Shown: positions 38,404 through 40,997 of the stretch, piece after piece
How the letters are laid out: every line of letters starts with the position of its first letter
How positions within the stretch are numbered: position 1 is the first letter of the stretch
Assembly: GCA_043779285.1 (NCBI GenBank)
Contig: JAYWEL010000138.1
Location: forward strand, 1-40,997
DNA: 40,997 nt
Direction of reading: 5' to 3'
Source of the DNA: Chitinophagaceae bacterium
GTDB taxonomy: Bacteria > Bacteroidota > Bacteroidia > Chitinophagales > Chitinophagaceae
The notes under the pieces: model-generated
What the model was told of the DNA's origin: nothing
The model's input: only the letters and a program-made list of their open reading frames with translations
Database searches by the model: none
Translations under genes and position numbers: made by a program

Positions 38404-39771
38404 TTAAAACTGAGAGAACTGAACCGTGAAGCAATTGAGACCATCATTGGTTGTACTGTAGATCAGCTTTCCTTTATGAACCTGCATAATTCTGCTGCTG
38501 ATGGAAAGGCCTAAACCATGACCCCGTATTTTAGAAACATTCGAACCCCTGAAGAAGGGTGTAAATAATTTGTTTCGTTCATTTTCCAGAATCCATGGTC
38601 CGTTATTGTAAAACCGGATAAGGATCTGCAACGCATTTACAGTTAAGTTTATTTTCACCGTTTTATCGGTAGAGTATAAACAAGCATTCCGAACAAGGTT
38701 TGCAAAAACAATTTTTATCAATGCCTCTTCCCCGTCTATCATTAAATCTTTTTCACTGATTGGCATATTCGAAAAATCAAAATGAATATGGTATTCAGGA
38801 TGATAAGACCTTACTTCATCAATCACCGAATAAAGAAGTTCATCCATACGAAATAATTGTGTCGTGCTATTAAACGTTTCTTGTTCAAACCGGGCTAAGG
38901 ATAAAATACTGTTTACCAATTCAACCATATACTTCTGATCATCGTAAACAGATAAAAGGATTTTTTGATATTGCTCATTGCTCATCTCCTTTCCTAATGC
39001 AGCTTCTGTTTGCAACAATACTACAGAAAGAGGTGTACGAAGCTCGTGAGCAGCATGCTGCAAAAAATTTTTTTGAAGCTCAAACGAATGTTCCAGCCGG
39101 TCCAGCATCTTATTAAAGTTTTCAGAAACAATGGTCAGCTCACTTTTGGCAGGACTAATTGTTAACCGTTTATTGGGCTTTCCGCTACCTACTCCCTGAA
39201 TTTGTTCATTCAATTCATCCAACGGATTAAACACCTGTTTTACATACAAATATGAAAGAATGATTGTTATTAAGATACTGCCCGTCAAACAAACGGTTAA
39301 AATATACAGAAGATTACTCAGTTTTCTGCGGCCATACAGATCATAAGCCGAAACTATAACCACACCCTCTTTCCCTGCGGTATTAATATATAAACCAACT
39401 AACTCATATTTTCCCCTGTTAAACTCAATATATCCTGCTTTTCTTATCTCAAAAATCAACGAATCATTGTACTCAAGCTGTTTATCCTTGTAACTGGAAT
39501 AAATGACTTCATTTTGATTATTTAATATCAGCAGACTTTCTTTGTACAAATTCTGCAAAGAATATTTGTCAATTTGTTTTAATAATTCATGATCAATTTC
39601 CTGTACTTCAACCAATAAATTGTAGGTGGTTTTTGCTTTTTGATGAAGACGGATCATGAAATCTTCTTTCCGGAACCATTCACTCTGTATATAAATAATA
39701 CTGAAAGCAATCAACAGTAAAACGGTAATAATCGTACCAAACAGAATGGCGGACCGAAATTTCAGATTCAT
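38404..39771 (-). CDS. Two-component sensor histidine kinase
   Basis: Two TM segments are present. H-box HAAHELRTPLS, N-box FANLVRNACLYS, G-box GHGLGLSI. Confidence 0.9.
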   Translation of the reverse strand: MNLKFRSAILFGTIITVLLLIAFSIIYIQSEWFRKEDFMIRLHQKAKTTYNLLVEVQEIDHELLKQIDKYSLQNLYKESLLILNNQNEVIYSSYKDKQLEYNDSLIFEIRKAGYIEFNRGKYELVGLYINTAGKEGVVIVSAYDLYGRRKLSNLLYILTVCLTGSILITIILSYLYVKQVFNPLDELNEQIQGVGSGKPNKRLTISPAKSELTIVSENFNKMLDRLEHSFELQKNFLQHAAHELRTPLSVVLLQTEAALGKEMSNEQYQKILLSVYDDQKYMVELVNSILSLARFEQETFNSTTQLFRMDELLYSVIDEVRSYHPEYHIHFDFSNMPISEKDLMIDGEEALIKIVFANLVRNACLYSTDKTVKINLTVNALQILIRFYNNGPWILENERNKLFTPFFRGSNVSKIRGHGLGLSISSRIMQVHKGKLIYSTTNDGLNCFTVQFSQF

Positions 39772-39776
39772 TCAAG

Positions 39777-40460
39777 TCAGGGTTTTTTTATGTAATATCC
39801 AAATCCGGGTTTTGTATGAATAAGCTTTTCATCAAAAGGCTTATCAATTTTATTGCGTAAAAAATTAATGTACACTTCAATGGTATTGGTCCCGGTGTCG
39901 TAGTTAATATCCCATACCTTTTCTGCAATCTCTTGTTTTGAAATGACTCTTCCCCTGTTTCTGGCAAGCAGGTCAAGTAATTTTAATTCTTTTACGGTCA
40001 GGTTTATTTCCACATTATTTCGATAGGCTTTTTTCTCCAACTTGCTAATTTTGAGATCGCCTATTTCAAGTACCTCATCAAATAATTCATTCAACGAACT
40101 CCTTTTTATAAAAACGTTGATCCTCGCTATCAATTCCTTAATGTGAAAAGGCTTTACAATATAGTCATCGGCACCTGCACCAAATGCTTCCATTTTATCA
40201 TCCATCTCGCCAAGTGCGGTAAGCATAATAATGGGTACGCCGGCATTTTTCAATCGAAAGCTTTTACATAAATCAAAGCCATTAATTACCGGAACATTTA
40301 TATCCAATAAGACTACATCAAATGTTTCTTGCGAAAACATCCGTTCTGCAATTTTTCCATCGTATGCAAGTTGAACTATAAACCCATTTTTTTCAAGCTC
40401 AGCTTTAACGGTATTTCCCAGTTTTGGATCATCCTCTACTAATAATATATTAGTTGCCAT
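39777..40460 (-). CDS. OmpR-family response regulator (receiver + winged-helix DNA-binding domain)
   Basis: ILLVEDD, DVVLLDINVP, MLTALG and KPF. The C-terminus is LTVKELKLLDLLARNRGRVISKQEI...TIEVYINFLRNKID. The ATG at 40460 is preferred over the track's TTG at 40478. Confidence 0.9.
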   Translation of the reverse strand: MATNILLVEDDPKLGNTVKAELEKNGFIVQLAYDGKIAERMFSQETFDVVLLDINVPVINGFDLCKSFRLKNAGVPIIMLTALGEMDDKMEAFGAGADDYIVKPFHIKELIARINVFIKRSSLNELFDEVLEIGDLKISKLEKKAYRNNVEINLTVKELKLLDLLARNRGRVISKQEIAEKVWDINYDTGTNTIEVYINFLRNKIDKPFDEKLIHTKPGFGYYIKKP

Positions 40461-40552
40461 AGTATTTTTTTTTACCAATTCAAAGGTATGTATGTATTAA
40501 CTTATTCAAACAATAATATTAACCTGCAATTGTCGATATTTGCATTCAATAA

Positions 40553-40997
<445 letters not shown>

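Overview
This is an AT-rich chromosomal segment, roughly mid-30s % GC by eye (not computed). The gene content looks like Bacteroidota: a GldA-type ABC ATPase, long-form IspG, an AmgK/MurU-type muropeptide salvage pair, many lipobox or signal-peptide proteins, and an ECF sigma/anti-sigma/OM beta-barrel trio. I can support about 39 protein-coding genes, most of them housekeeping: the secY 3' end, map, icmF, ridA, tsaB, nadB, ispG, kbl, acs and the eno 5' end. I also call one frameshifted IS200/RAYT-like HUH transposase gene, several intrinsic terminators and three structured repeat regions. I found no rRNA, tRNA or CRISPR array, and no recognisable multi-gene defence island. The most unusual items are: (1) an AmgK-like amino-sugar kinase fused to a RapZ C-terminal domain and tightly coupled to a MurU-like uridylyltransferase. 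(2) A GC-rich tandem repeat whose long hairpins hold together only through G-U pairs on the + strand. (3) A transposase gene broken by a poly-A frameshift and flanked by REP-like hairpins. (4) A free-standing NUMOD4/HNH homing-endonuclease-like gene. (5) A class D beta-lactamase lipoprotein embedded in an ispG-nadB gene string. (6) A Cys-less ArsR regulator next to a persulfide-dioxygenase/rhodanese fusion. All functional calls rest on motif recognition by eye. No database search was run.
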